The position numbers were made by a program, and so were the translations under genes. Shown piece by piece: positions 1 through 9,382 of a stretch of DNA of 32,000 nucleotides. The notes beneath the pieces were generated by a model, which saw only the letters and a program-made list of their open reading frames with translations, was not told the DNA's origin and did no database searches. Within the stretch, counting starts at the first letter, position 1, and each line of letters begins with the position of its first letter. This DNA comes from an uncultured archaeon (GTDB taxonomy: Archaea; Iainarchaeota; Iainarchaeia; Iainarchaeales; JAAZKV01): positions 120,001-152,000 of the forward strand of contig CAZKBG010000001.1 of assembly GCA_964551375.1 (NCBI GenBank), given 5' to 3'.

Positions 1-732
1 AAAAAGACAAGCGCAATAATGCCTGTTCATTTATACGGAAAAGCATGCGAAATGGATTCAATAATGGAAATAGCAGAAAAAAATGATTTAAAAGTTGTTG
101 AAGACTGCGCTCAGGCTCATGGCGCAAAGCAAAAGGGAAAAAAAGTTGGAACATTTGGCGAGTTTGGGGCGTTTAGTTTTTATCCTACAAAAAACCTTGG
201 CGCTCTTGGGGATGCCGGAGCGATAATAACAAATGATGACGCTCTTGCTGAAACTGCAAGAAAGATTAGAAATTACGGCTCGACGGTCAGATATCATAAC
301 GAAGTAATAGGAATGAATTCAAGGCTTGATGAAATACAAGCCGCTTTTCTTAGGGTAAAACTTAGAAAGCTTGACGATATAAATTCGCACAAGCGCGAAC
401 TTGCAAGCACTTACTTAAAAGGGCTTTCAAAAAAGTTCATACTGCCTTTTGTAAACTCGGACTATTTCGATGTTTATCATATATTTAATATAAGGCACAA
501 AAAAAGAGACGCTTTGAAGGAACACATGTTAAAAGAGGGAGTAAAAACTGATGTTCATTATCCAATCCCCCCTACAAAGCAAAATGCGATGAAAGGAATT
601 TTGGATAAATATAACTGCCCTTTATCCGATGAGATTCATGCAACCACATTAAGCCTGCCTATTTCATATTATCATACAAAAGATGACATAAAAAAAGTAA
701 TAGATGCTGCAAATAGTTTCAAAGGTGATTAA
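1..732 (+). CDS. DegT/DnrJ/EryC1/StrS-family PLP-dependent sugar aminotransferase, 5'-truncated by the window edge
   Basis: Frame is open to base 1 ([12 protein letters not shown]...). Family motifs [17 protein letters not shown] and [15 protein letters not shown] with the PLP-binding Lys. Confidence 0.93.
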   Translation, partial: KKTSAIMPVHLYGKACEMDSIMEIAEKNDLKVVEDCAQAHGAKQKGKKVGTFGEFGAFSFYPTKNLGALGDAGAIITNDDALAETARKIRNYGSTVRYHNEVIGMNSRLDEIQAAFLRVKLRKLDDINSHKRELASTYLKGLSKKFILPFVNSDYFDVYHIFNIRHKKRDALKEHMLKEGVKTDVHYPIPPTKQNAMKGILDKYNCPLSDEIHATTLSLPISYYHTKDDIKKVIDAANSFKGD

Positions 733-733
733 A

Positions 734-1600
734 ATGAAGGGAATAATTCTTGCAGGGGGAAGCGGAACAAGGCTTTATCCGCTTACAACAGTTTGCTCAA
801 AACAGCTTTTGCCTATTTATGACAAGCCCATGATATATTATCCGCTTTCAGTTTTGATGCTTGCTGGAATTAAAGAAGTTTTAATAATTTCAACTCCAAT
901 GGATACTCCAAATTTTGAAAAACTCCTTGGGGACGGTTCTCAATTAGGAATGAAAATAACTTATGAGGTTCAAAAAGAGCCAAAAGGAATTCCGCAGGCA
1001 TTTACAATTGGAGAAAAATTTATTGGAAATGACTCTGTATGCTTAATATTAGGAGACAATTTGTTTTGCGGGGAAGGATTTGTAAGCATGCTGAAAAAAG
1101 CCATGACAATTAATACTGGGGCATATATTTTTGGATATTTTGTTTCAGACCCTCAAAGATTTGGAATAGTTGAGTTTGACAAGGACCACAATGTTTTAAG
1201 CGTTGAGGAAAAACCAAAGAATCCTAAATCAAATTATGCAATAACAGGACTATATTTTTATGATAATTCAGTAGTGAAAATAGCAAAAAATCTAAAACCT
1301 TCGGCAAGAGGGGAAACTGAAATTACTGATATTAATAAAGAATATTTAAAGCAAGGAAAATTAAAAGTGGAGCTTCTTGGAAGAGGGTTTGCATGGCTTG
1401 ACACAGGGACTCCAAAATCTCTTAATGAAGCCGCAAACTATATTGAAATAATTGAAACAAGACAGGGGCTGAAAATTGCCTGCCTTGAGGAAATAGCATA
1501 TCTTTCAGGATTTATTACAAAACAACAGCTGCTTAACATTGCTGATAAAATGAAAAACAGCGAATATGGGAAATATTTGTTTAGAGTAGCAGGGGATTGA
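734..1600 (+). CDS. rmlA: Glucose-1-phosphate thymidylyltransferase
   Basis: [46 protein letters not shown] is a diagnostic RmlA N-terminus. Start at 734, directly after the upstream stop. Confidence 0.96.
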   Translation: MKGIILAGGSGTRLYPLTTVCSKQLLPIYDKPMIYYPLSVLMLAGIKEVLIISTPMDTPNFEKLLGDGSQLGMKITYEVQKEPKGIPQAFTIGEKFIGNDSVCLILGDNLFCGEGFVSMLKKAMTINTGAYIFGYFVSDPQRFGIVEFDKDHNVLSVEEKPKNPKSNYAITGLYFYDNSVVKIAKNLKPSARGETEITDINKEYLKQGKLKVELLGRGFAWLDTGTPKSLNEAANYIEIIETRQGLKIACLEEIAYLSGFITKQQLLNIADKMKNSEYGKYLFRVAGD

Positions 1601-1605
1601 TTTTA

Positions 1606-2565
1606 ATGAAGCTATTTGTCACAGGCGGATTAGGGTTTATTGGGAGCAATTTCATTAGAAAGGTTCTTTTAGAAACAAATCATGAAGTCATAAATTTTGA
1701 TAAAGTCACTTATGCGGCAAATCCAGCTAATTTAAAAGATTTTTATGGAAATAAAAGGTATAGTTTTGTTAAAGGGGATATCTGCAATAAAGCTGATGTA
1801 AAATCAGCTCTAAAAGATGTTGATATTATTCTAAACTTTGCCGCTGAAAGCCATGTAGATAGAAGCCTTGAAGATTTTTCTCCATTTATTGAAACAAACA
1901 TAAAAGGAACCACTAATCTTTTGACTTTGGCGCTTGAATCAAAAGCAAAGTTATTTGTTCAGATTTCAACAGATGAGGTTTACGGGCAGATAATGTCCGG
2001 CTCATTTACTGAAAATGATTTGCTTAATCCAAGAAATCCTTACAGCGCGTCAAAGGCCTCTGCTGAAATGTTTGTAAGTGCATTTAAGGAAACATACGGG
2101 TTGCCAACAGTAATAACAAGATCGTCAAACAATTACGGCCCTTACCAGTTTCCAGAAAAAGTAATTCCATTGTTTATTACAAATCTTCTTGAAGGAAAGC
2201 AGGTTCCTCTGTACGGCGAAGGAAAGCAGGTAAGAGAATGGACTCATGTTGATGACAACTGTGAAGGGGTTCTTGTTGCGATGGAAAAAGGAAAAAAAGG
2301 AGAAATATATAATATTGCATCAGGGTATGAACTTTCAAATGTTGAATTGACTCATAAAATTATTTCATTAATGGGACACAATGAAGAAATGATAAAAAAA
2401 GTAGAAGATAGAAAAGGGCATGACTTTAGATATTCACTTGATTCTTCAAAAATAAAGTCTCTTGGATGGACTCCAAAAAATTCATTTGATGACGGGCTAA
2501 TTAAAACAATAAACTGGTACAAGAACAATACAGATTGGTGGAAAAAATTAAAGGTGTCAAAGTAA
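1606..2565 (+). CDS. rmlB: dTDP-glucose 4,6-dehydratase
   Basis: MKLFVTGGLGFIGSNFIR Rossmann motif, FAAESHVDRS, STDEVYG, PYSASKASAEM (YxxxK) and RSSNNYGPYQFPEK. Confidence 0.96.
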   Translation: MKLFVTGGLGFIGSNFIRKVLLETNHEVINFDKVTYAANPANLKDFYGNKRYSFVKGDICNKADVKSALKDVDIILNFAAESHVDRSLEDFSPFIETNIKGTTNLLTLALESKAKLFVQISTDEVYGQIMSGSFTENDLLNPRNPYSASKASAEMFVSAFKETYGLPTVITRSSNNYGPYQFPEKVIPLFITNLLEGKQVPLYGEGKQVREWTHVDDNCEGVLVAMEKGKKGEIYNIASGYELSNVELTHKIISLMGHNEEMIKKVEDRKGHDFRYSLDSSKIKSLGWTPKNSFDDGLIKTINWYKNNTDWWKKLKVSK

Positions 2566-3431
2566 TGCCAAAGTCAGCAAAGAAAGTCAAGATTTCGATT
2601 GTAACAGCATCTTTTAACAGTATGACAGGAAATTATAATCTTGAGCGCGCGGTAAAAAGCGTTCTTGGACAGACTTATCAAAATGTAGAACTTATTGTAA
2701 TTGACGGCGGGTCAAAAGACTCAACTGTAGAAGTCATAAAGAAATATGCTTCAAAGGGTTTCAATGGTAGAAAAATTGCTTATTGGGTCAGCGAGAAAGA
2801 CTCTGGAGTTTATGATGCAATGAATAAAGGATTTTTGAAAGCTACTGGGGATGTTGTGGCATTTTTAAATTCAGATGATTTTTTGTACTCAAATGATGTT
2901 TTGGAAAAAGTTGCCCTTGAATTTGAGAAAGATTCAAATCTTGATTTAGTTCATGGAGATATATTTTTCGCATTGCCTTCTATTAATCATGGAAATAACG
3001 CATATCCTGTAAGATCTCCGGATTTTTCTCTTTTTAATCTTAAAAAAGGCGCCCAAGTGCTTCATCCTGCGGCGTTTGTGAAAAAAACAATTATGGCAAA
3101 AGCAGGAATATTTGATTTAAAGTATAAATCCTCTTCAGATTTTGACTTTTTTTGCAGGCTTGAGAAGCTCAATCCAAAAACAAAGCATCTTGATTTGGCA
3201 GTATCAGTTTTTCTTGAAGGTGGTTTAAGCTCAAATGATAAATCCCATCTTGAAGCAATAGGGGTTGTTTTGAAGCACTATGGCTTGGCTTCTGCCCTGC
3301 CGCTTTATTTTAGACATTATATTGCAATTTATTATAGAAAGATATTATCTTTGCTTGGGCAAAAAGAAAATTATTTTAAGAAAAAGTTTGAACATAAAGC
3401 AGCCATGTGCACAGCAAAAGTTAATCTTTAG
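2565..3431 (+). CDS. Glycosyltransferase family 2 (WcaA-like)
   Basis: KISIVTASFNSMTGNYNLERAVKSVLGQTYQNVELIVIDGGSKDST and SEKDSGVYDAMNKG...FLNSDD. Its ATG overlaps the rmlB stop (TAATG). Confidence 0.9.
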   Translation: MPKSAKKVKISIVTASFNSMTGNYNLERAVKSVLGQTYQNVELIVIDGGSKDSTVEVIKKYASKGFNGRKIAYWVSEKDSGVYDAMNKGFLKATGDVVAFLNSDDFLYSNDVLEKVALEFEKDSNLDLVHGDIFFALPSINHGNNAYPVRSPDFSLFNLKKGAQVLHPAAFVKKTIMAKAGIFDLKYKSSSDFDFFCRLEKLNPKTKHLDLAVSVFLEGGLSSNDKSHLEAIGVVLKHYGLASALPLYFRHYIAIYYRKILSLLGQKENYFKKKFEHKAAMCTAKVNL

Positions 3432-4329
3432 TTTTGTTAAAATATTTAATTAGCTCTCTTGTGTGCCTTTCCCATGTAAATCCCAGTTTGTTAATTATTT
3501 TTGGGTAGTTCTGTTTTTTTGAACTCTTTATTGCTTCTTTAATAAAATCAATTTTCTCGGTTTTGCAGTACTTGTTTTCATCTTCAGGCGAAAATCCTTT
3601 CACTTTAGTAATAGGCAACTTTTCTCCAATTCCTGAATTGCTTCCTATGATTTTTGGAACTCCTGCAGCCATTGCTTCAAGCCAAACAAGCCCAAAACCC
3701 GTGTAAGTTGGAGGGAGGCTTATGAATGTTTCAATTTTATTGTAAAATTCATTCATTTCCTTTGGGGATAAATTCTTTGCAATAATAAGTTCTTCTCCGA
3801 GCTCATTGCATGCCTGTTTTATAAAGTCAAAGTTGTAAATTTTATTTGTGTAATTTGCAAATCCTATTCCTTTTTGCTTTTTGTTAAGTGGTCTAAATGC
3901 CGAAGTATCCACTCCTTCGGTTATAACAGTAGCATTTTTGAATAACTTCCCAAGTCTTTCGCTTACAACAATTAGATTTTTCCCCATCAGAGCGCCCACA
4001 AACTTTTGCATCGCGCTGTCAAGCCCGCTTGGCGATTTTCCATGAAAACAGCAATAATGATTATTTGGAAAAATTCTTGAAGGAACTAGCAGGGGAAATG
4101 CAAGGCTCCAATCCTGAGTATAAACAATCTCTGGATTTTCTTTTTTAACAACCTCTCTAATTTTTCCAATTGAGGAGAACGCTGAGAATAATTTTAAATC
4201 ATCCTCTCTTGAAATAACTTTTACAACATGCTCTAGTTTAGACAGCTCTTTTTGAACGCTTTTCGTGTATGATCCTACTCCTCCTTGGTATTTTTTAAGC
4301 AAAATTAAAATTTTTTTCTTTTCGGCCAT
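3421..4329 (-). CDS. Glycosyltransferase family 4-like (GT-B fold)
   Basis: N-terminal GGVGSYTKSVQKEL and C-terminal PTYTGFGLVWLEAMAAGVPKIIGSNSG. Confidence 0.85.
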   Translation of the reverse strand: MAEKKKILILLKKYQGGVGSYTKSVQKELSKLEHVVKVISREDDLKLFSAFSSIGKIREVVKKENPEIVYTQDWSLAFPLLVPSRIFPNNHYCCFHGKSPSGLDSAMQKFVGALMGKNLIVVSERLGKLFKNATVITEGVDTSAFRPLNKKQKGIGFANYTNKIYNFDFIKQACNELGEELIIAKNLSPKEMNEFYNKIETFISLPPTYTGFGLVWLEAMAAGVPKIIGSNSGIGEKLPITKVKGFSPEDENKYCKTEKIDFIKEAIKSSKKQNYPKIINKLGFTWERHTRELIKYFNKTKD

Positions 4330-4332
4330 AAG

Positions 4333-5412
4333 TTATCCCTCAATTGCCTCTTTGTATATTTTTGAGAGCTTCAAATTCCTTTCTTTAAGCGACCACTTGC
4401 CATTTTTGACTTCTTCATGAGCTTTTTTGCCCATCTTTGTCCGCAGTTTTTGATTTTTTACCAAATAATTAGTTTTTGCAGTCATTTCGTCAATTATTTT
4501 TTCTTTATTTTCATATCTTGGCACAATATAACCGGTTTTTCCTTCTTCCACTATTTCGCTTCTTGCAAATCCATCCGCGGTTATTACTGGTATTCCAAAT
4601 GACATTGCTTCAATGTACATAAATCCAAATGAGTCGGAAAATCCAGGGTAAACAAAGAGGCTTGTTTTTGGGTAAATCTTTTTGAATAAATCCGCATGAG
4701 GCATCAAGTTCATGAACTTAATTTTCTTGTTTGATTTGTACTTATTTAGGTACTCTTTTGGAGTTTCTGCAATAAAGATTGCATTAACATTTGGATTTGC
4801 TTTTGTAATTCTATCAATAACTTCAAGCGCAACATCCCCTCCTTTATCAAAAAAGTATCTTCCTATGAATAACAATGTGACTTTTTTGGCGCTTTGTTTT
4901 ACTGGCTTGTGAGTAGGGTATGCAAATCTCAATAAGTCAAGCTTTGAGTCCACAATTGGGTCATTAAACACTTTACTTACTTTTTTCTTTGTTTCAAGCG
5001 TCCAGCAGAGTATTTTTTTGCAGTTCTTTCTTTTAATTAGTCTTTTTGCTATTGCTCTTGATAAAAAATTGCTTTCTCCAGAAATCCACAACTGCCATTC
5101 AGATTCAATATCTGCAACCCAAGGGGTATTTTTGTTTTTACTTAAGCAGTGCGCGCAGTGGATTAAATCATACTCTCCTTTTTGAGTTTTGTGCGCATTT
5201 ACTAGCGGAAGCTTTGCTTTTCTTGCTGTATCTCTTATGAATTTCTTTATCTTATTTGACTTTTTAACGGTTTTAATGTCCTCAATTGTCTTAAACTGGC
5301 TTTTTGAATTTACATATTCAATATTGTTTGGCTTTAGCTCAGTAAGCGACTTATAGTAAGTGCTGTCAGGGTAAGCCCACGGGTACTGTAAGTATACCTT
5401 AATTTTTTTCAT
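4333..5412 (-). CDS. Glycosyltransferase family 4/1
   Basis: LLFIGRYFFDKGGDVALEV and PGFSDSFGFMYIEAMSFGIPVITADGFARSEIVEEGKTGYIV. Confidence 0.9.
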   Translation of the reverse strand: MKKIKVYLQYPWAYPDSTYYKSLTELKPNNIEYVNSKSQFKTIEDIKTVKKSNKIKKFIRDTARKAKLPLVNAHKTQKGEYDLIHCAHCLSKNKNTPWVADIESEWQLWISGESNFLSRAIAKRLIKRKNCKKILCWTLETKKKVSKVFNDPIVDSKLDLLRFAYPTHKPVKQSAKKVTLLFIGRYFFDKGGDVALEVIDRITKANPNVNAIFIAETPKEYLNKYKSNKKIKFMNLMPHADLFKKIYPKTSLFVYPGFSDSFGFMYIEAMSFGIPVITADGFARSEIVEEGKTGYIVPRYENKEKIIDEMTAKTNYLVKNQKLRTKMGKKAHEEVKNGKWSLKERNLKLSKIYKEAIEG

Positions 5413-6324
5413 TCAAACACCAAGTATTAATCCAACGCTGTAACCTAATCTTTTTAGATAAAAAAGCCATGTTCCGAAGAAGAATCCTTTCAATTTTCCA
5501 GTTCTTTTCATCACATAAAGCCCTGTTTTGAAACAATAAATTTTCAAAAATGCGATTAATATGATTGCAATGAGCGGGTTAATGAATGCAAAGGCGATTA
5601 TTAACAAATGATATATTAGAAACCCTAGTGAAAAAGCAAAGTTAATTGGAATTCTTGAAATATTTTTCTTATCCCCAAGTCCGTAATTGTAAAACATTTT
5701 TAGGTACTTGCGCACAGTTGGTCTTACTTTCCAGTAAGCAAATGCCTTCTTTGCCTCGCTAATCTTAACGCCCGCTTTCTTAATCCTAAAATTAAATTCA
5801 GTATCCTCTCCAGTTCCAACATTTTCAGGATATCCTCCTGCTTTCTCCCAAGCGCTTCTAGTAAAAGCCACGCTTCTTGAGGATGCATTAGTAAGTTTCT
5901 TGTTTTCTTCAGGCGCAGGGTACATTACAACACTCATGCATTCCTGAATAAAGTTTTCATAAGTTGCCTTAAAGTTCCCAATAACAAACTCGCTTTCTTT
6001 TAACTGCTTTTTCATTTCCTTAACCCAATTTCTATCAAGCACGCATCCGGCATCAGTTCCAAGAAAATAATCAAAAGAGGCTTCTTTTACTGCAATATTT
6101 CTCCCCATTCCCCTGTCGCACTTCTCTACAATGATTTTGTGCTTTATTTTCATTTTTTGCAATGCTTCTTTAGCAATCTTAACAGTGTTATCAGTTGATT
6201 TTGCATCAACAAGAAGTATTTCATCAGGCTTTTCACTTTGAGTTGCAATTGAGTCAAAAAGATGCTTAATGTTATTTGCTTCGTTGTAAGTAGTAAGTAT
6301 TAGAGTTGCTTTCACCTTAAACAC
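5413..6324 (-). CDS. Glycosyltransferase family 2 with C-terminal transmembrane segments
   Basis: ATLILTTYNEANNIKHLFDSIATQSEKPDEILLVDAKSTDNTV, GTDAGC, PENVGTGEDTEFNFRI, then hydrophobic segments near the C-terminus. Confidence 0.9.
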   Translation of the reverse strand: MFKVKATLILTTYNEANNIKHLFDSIATQSEKPDEILLVDAKSTDNTVKIAKEALQKMKIKHKIIVEKCDRGMGRNIAVKEASFDYFLGTDAGCVLDRNWVKEMKKQLKESEFVIGNFKATYENFIQECMSVVMYPAPEENKKLTNASSRSVAFTRSAWEKAGGYPENVGTGEDTEFNFRIKKAGVKISEAKKAFAYWKVRPTVRKYLKMFYNYGLGDKKNISRIPINFAFSLGFLIYHLLIIAFAFINPLIAIILIAFLKIYCFKTGLYVMKRTGKLKGFFFGTWLFYLKRLGYSVGLILGV

Positions 6325-6339
6325 CTTAACAACATCATG

Positions 6340-7443
6340 TTATTTGTGGTATAATACCTTCACTATGCGCTTTGAAACCCCGCTTTTGCCGTAAGGGTTC
6401 TTAAATTTTGGAACTTTCATGGTTAAGTATTGGTCTATCATTTTCTTTGCTTCTTCAACATCAAGCTTGCTCAAATAATTAATTGGCGTATCAAGCCCTT
6501 CCTGTCTTTCAGTTGCTTTTCTAAGAATAATGCACGGCTTTTTAAAAATCAAACTCTCTTCCTGCATGGAGCCTCCGTCAGTTAGAATTAGAGTGGCTTT
6601 ACTCATCATGTAAATAAAGTCATTATAATTTTTGTTTTCCATTATTTTTATATTTTTGATTGACTTTAATCTTTCTAAAAGTCCATGGCTTTCAAGCTGC
6701 TTTTTTGTATTGTCATGAAGTGAAAGCATAAATGTGATTGGCACATGCTCAAGTATTGAAATAATCTGCTCAAGCCTTTCCTTTGACTTGATATTTTCAT
6801 GTCTGTGGAGCGTTACAAGCGCAAATTTCTTTGGCAGTTTTACTTTCTTGGCTTTTTTTAGCGCTATTGCTGCAGAATCAATAATAGTATTTCCTGTAAT
6901 AATTATTTTTCCTTTAATTCCTTCTTTTAACAGATTATTTTTAGCCCTTTTGGAAACTGCAAGCAGAATATCTGAAAATTTATCCGCGATTCTTCTTGAA
7001 ATCTCTTCAGGAAAAGGCTCCATTAAATCTCCTGATCTAAGTCCTGCTTCAAGGTGGATGTTTTTGTATTTTTTAAAAGGATTAAGGAGTTTTGAAGTTG
7101 CAATTGCGGCTGCAGCAGTGGTAATTGTGTCCCCGTGGTAATAAACATATTCAAGATTTTCAATTTTATTTACTGCGTCCTTTATTTTGAAAACAAGCCC
7201 AAATGTCCAATTAACTGCTTTTGAAGTTTTAGCATAAAACCTTGTAGTGTTTTTTGGTGGCTCGGTTAATACAATATCAGGCTCTTTAGTTCCAAAAACT
7301 CTGCAGAGGTCCTTTAAATCATGCTGTCCTGTGTGCATGAATATGTAAGGAATCCCTTTTTTTTGCATTTCAAGCATTAAAGGAAAAGTTTTGATATATT
7401 CGGCTCTTGTTCCAAGAATTATGCAATTAGTTTTTTTTGCCAT
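6340..7443 (-). CDS. wecB: UDP-N-acetylglucosamine 2-epimerase (non-hydrolysing, WecB-like)
   Basis: IILGTRAEYIKTFPLM, FMHTGQHD, YVYYHGDTITTAAAA, HLEAGLRSGD, TLHRHEN and LTDGGSMQEESLIFKKPCIILR. An upstream in-frame ATG at 7449 is an alternative start. Confidence 0.92.
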   Translation of the reverse strand: MAKKTNCIILGTRAEYIKTFPLMLEMQKKGIPYIFMHTGQHDLKDLCRVFGTKEPDIVLTEPPKNTTRFYAKTSKAVNWTFGLVFKIKDAVNKIENLEYVYYHGDTITTAAAAIATSKLLNPFKKYKNIHLEAGLRSGDLMEPFPEEISRRIADKFSDILLAVSKRAKNNLLKEGIKGKIIITGNTIIDSAAIALKKAKKVKLPKKFALVTLHRHENIKSKERLEQIISILEHVPITFMLSLHDNTKKQLESHGLLERLKSIKNIKIMENKNYNDFIYMMSKATLILTDGGSMQEESLIFKKPCIILRKATERQEGLDTPINYLSKLDVEEAKKMIDQYLTMKVPKFKNPYGKSGVSKRIVKVLYHK

Positions 7444-7521
7444 TTTCAACCACTTACTTTTGCAAATTTAAGTTAATTATTTTCAATTCTAAGTCTTAAT
7501 TCTTTCAGTCAGTTTTGTTTA

Positions 7522-8535
7522 TTAGTATAATTTTATTCCCCAGAGCTTGATTAGAAAGTAAATAAATGTGATACAGCAAATCAATCCCTGAATTGCCAAA
7601 ATTCTGAGCACCACTCCAGTTTCAGTGAATTTTCCTTTCCCCTTTCGCATTATTAACTGGGTAATTGAGCCTCCTTTTGGACTGGCGTTTAATGTTCCAT
7701 TCTTATTAGGCACTCCAAAGCACTCGCTTTTGAATCTGTGCCTTGCTTTGATTATAAATTCAATTATGAAAAGCCCGATTAGCATTGCTCCATAAGTTTC
7801 CATGTTTCCAATAATGCTCATAGTGGCAAGAGTTGCTCCAACCATTAAAGTCAGCGAATCTCCTCCGAACATTTTTGCAGGGAACCAGTTGAATACTAAA
7901 AATGCTATAAGCGCTCCGACCATTGCTACTCCCAAAACTGCTGCAGTATATTGTCCGGTGATAAGCGCAATTATTGTTAAAGTAAGGGTAAGCAAAATTC
8001 CCTGCCCTGCTTCAAGCCCGTTAAATCCAGCAAGCATGTTAAACGCATTGCTTGCGCCAGTAACTCCAAGAGGAATTATTATTAATGAATAAATTATCCC
8101 AAAATTAACTGTGCCAAGTATTGGAAGCGCCATTGATGTTTCTCCTGCTGCAATCGCCATTAAAGGAAGAGCTGCAATTACTGGAAAAAGCGCGTGCTGC
8201 CATTGTCTTATTCCTTTTTTCCATCCTATTACGTCATCAATGACGCCGATAAATGCCATCATTGCGATTGTTGAAAATCCTGCAAAAAGAAGGCTTAAGT
8301 TAATAGGTATTAAATTTAAATAAGTTGAAAGAAATATTGCTCCAAAAATTCCAAAACTAAAACCTAAAAATACTACTGCTCCGCCAAGTTCCGCAACTGC
8401 GGGCTTGTGGTGCTTATTCATGTCTTTTCCTGTTAATCCCTGCTCGTGCATTCGTTTAATGAATTTAGGGGCGACAAAAATTACGGTTAAGATTGCCACT
8501 ATGTAAAATATTATGTATCCTATTGATTGAAACAT
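7522..8535 (-). CDS. aglH: UDP-GlcNAc:polyprenyl/dolichyl-phosphate GlcNAc-1-phosphate transferase (DPAGT1/ALG7/AglH type)
   Basis: Multi-TM protein with GVIDDVIGWKKGIRQ, SNAFNMLAGFNGLEAGQG and NWFPAKMFGGDSLTLMVGATLA. The NMLAGxNGLEAGQ motif is typical of eukaryote-like GPTs. Confidence 0.88.
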   Translation of the reverse strand: MFQSIGYIIFYIVAILTVIFVAPKFIKRMHEQGLTGKDMNKHHKPAVAELGGAVVFLGFSFGIFGAIFLSTYLNLIPINLSLLFAGFSTIAMMAFIGVIDDVIGWKKGIRQWQHALFPVIAALPLMAIAAGETSMALPILGTVNFGIIYSLIIIPLGVTGASNAFNMLAGFNGLEAGQGILLTLTLTIIALITGQYTAAVLGVAMVGALIAFLVFNWFPAKMFGGDSLTLMVGATLATMSIIGNMETYGAMLIGLFIIEFIIKARHRFKSECFGVPNKNGTLNASPKGGSITQLIMRKGKGKFTETGVVLRILAIQGLICCITFIYFLIKLWGIKLY

Positions 8536-8617
8536 AAACTATTCATATTATTTTGCTTTTTAAACTAGTCTGGTACGGTTGTGAAATCAAAATTATCTAT
8601 TGGGTTTTTGAAGAGAG

Positions 8618-9337
8618 TTAAGGTTTTGTCCCAGTTATTGTGATTATGTAATATCCTGGCTTTGGAATCTTGAGTGAAGTAATCGCTTTTCTTAATTTTT
8701 CAACTCTTTTTGAAGCAGTTTTTATTTTTGCTCTTCTTAAAACAAAATCAACAACCGAAAAGTTAATCGGATCAATTCTCACGCTTTGAATATTGAGCCT
8801 CTCTTCTGTGAAAATCTTTGTATATTCCTCAACAGAAGCATATTCTCTTACATGTGTGGGGTCAAGAACCCACTTTCCATTGCATCTGTAAAAATACCAC
8901 CCGTACCATTTTTTGTAAACCGAGGACACTCTAAAAAATCCGCCTTTTTTTAGCATTCGCTTAATTTCACCAACCATTTTTTTGTCCGAATCAACATGCT
9001 CAATTACCTGATCTGAAGTGATTATGTCAAAAGAAGCGCTTTTGATTTTGGTTTTGCAAATATCTTCAACAATTCCTTTCTCCAATCTTCTTCCAAGCCT
9101 TTCCTTTATTCTTTCAATTCGGGTTTTTGAAATATCCTGCGCGAAGAGTTTTAATGTTTTGAATTTTTCTGCTAAGGCAAATAAATGCTGTCCATCCCCT
9201 GCCCCAATATCAAGCAAGGATGGATTTTTTGTTTTCTTTAAAGCAGATTTAATTGCAGTTTCAAGCTCGGAGTCAACGCCGTAGTTTCCAAAGTAAACAG
9301 TCTTATCAGCATATTTTTCATAATTTACTTTCTTCAA
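8618..9337 (-). CDS. Class I SAM-dependent methyltransferase
   Basis: LLDIGAGDGQHLFALAEKF, SFDIITSDQVIEHVDSDKKMVGEIKRMLKKGGFF. Confidence 0.85.
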   Translation of the reverse strand: MKKVNYEKYADKTVYFGNYGVDSELETAIKSALKKTKNPSLLDIGAGDGQHLFALAEKFKTLKLFAQDISKTRIERIKERLGRRLEKGIVEDICKTKIKSASFDIITSDQVIEHVDSDKKMVGEIKRMLKKGGFFRVSSVYKKWYGWYFYRCNGKWVLDPTHVREYASVEEYTKIFTEERLNIQSVRIDPINFSVVDFVLRRAKIKTASKRVEKLRKAITSLKIPKPGYYIITITGTKP

Positions 9338-9382
9338 GCACTCACCAATAAACAGATTTGGGCTATTTTGAATAGCTGGGAT

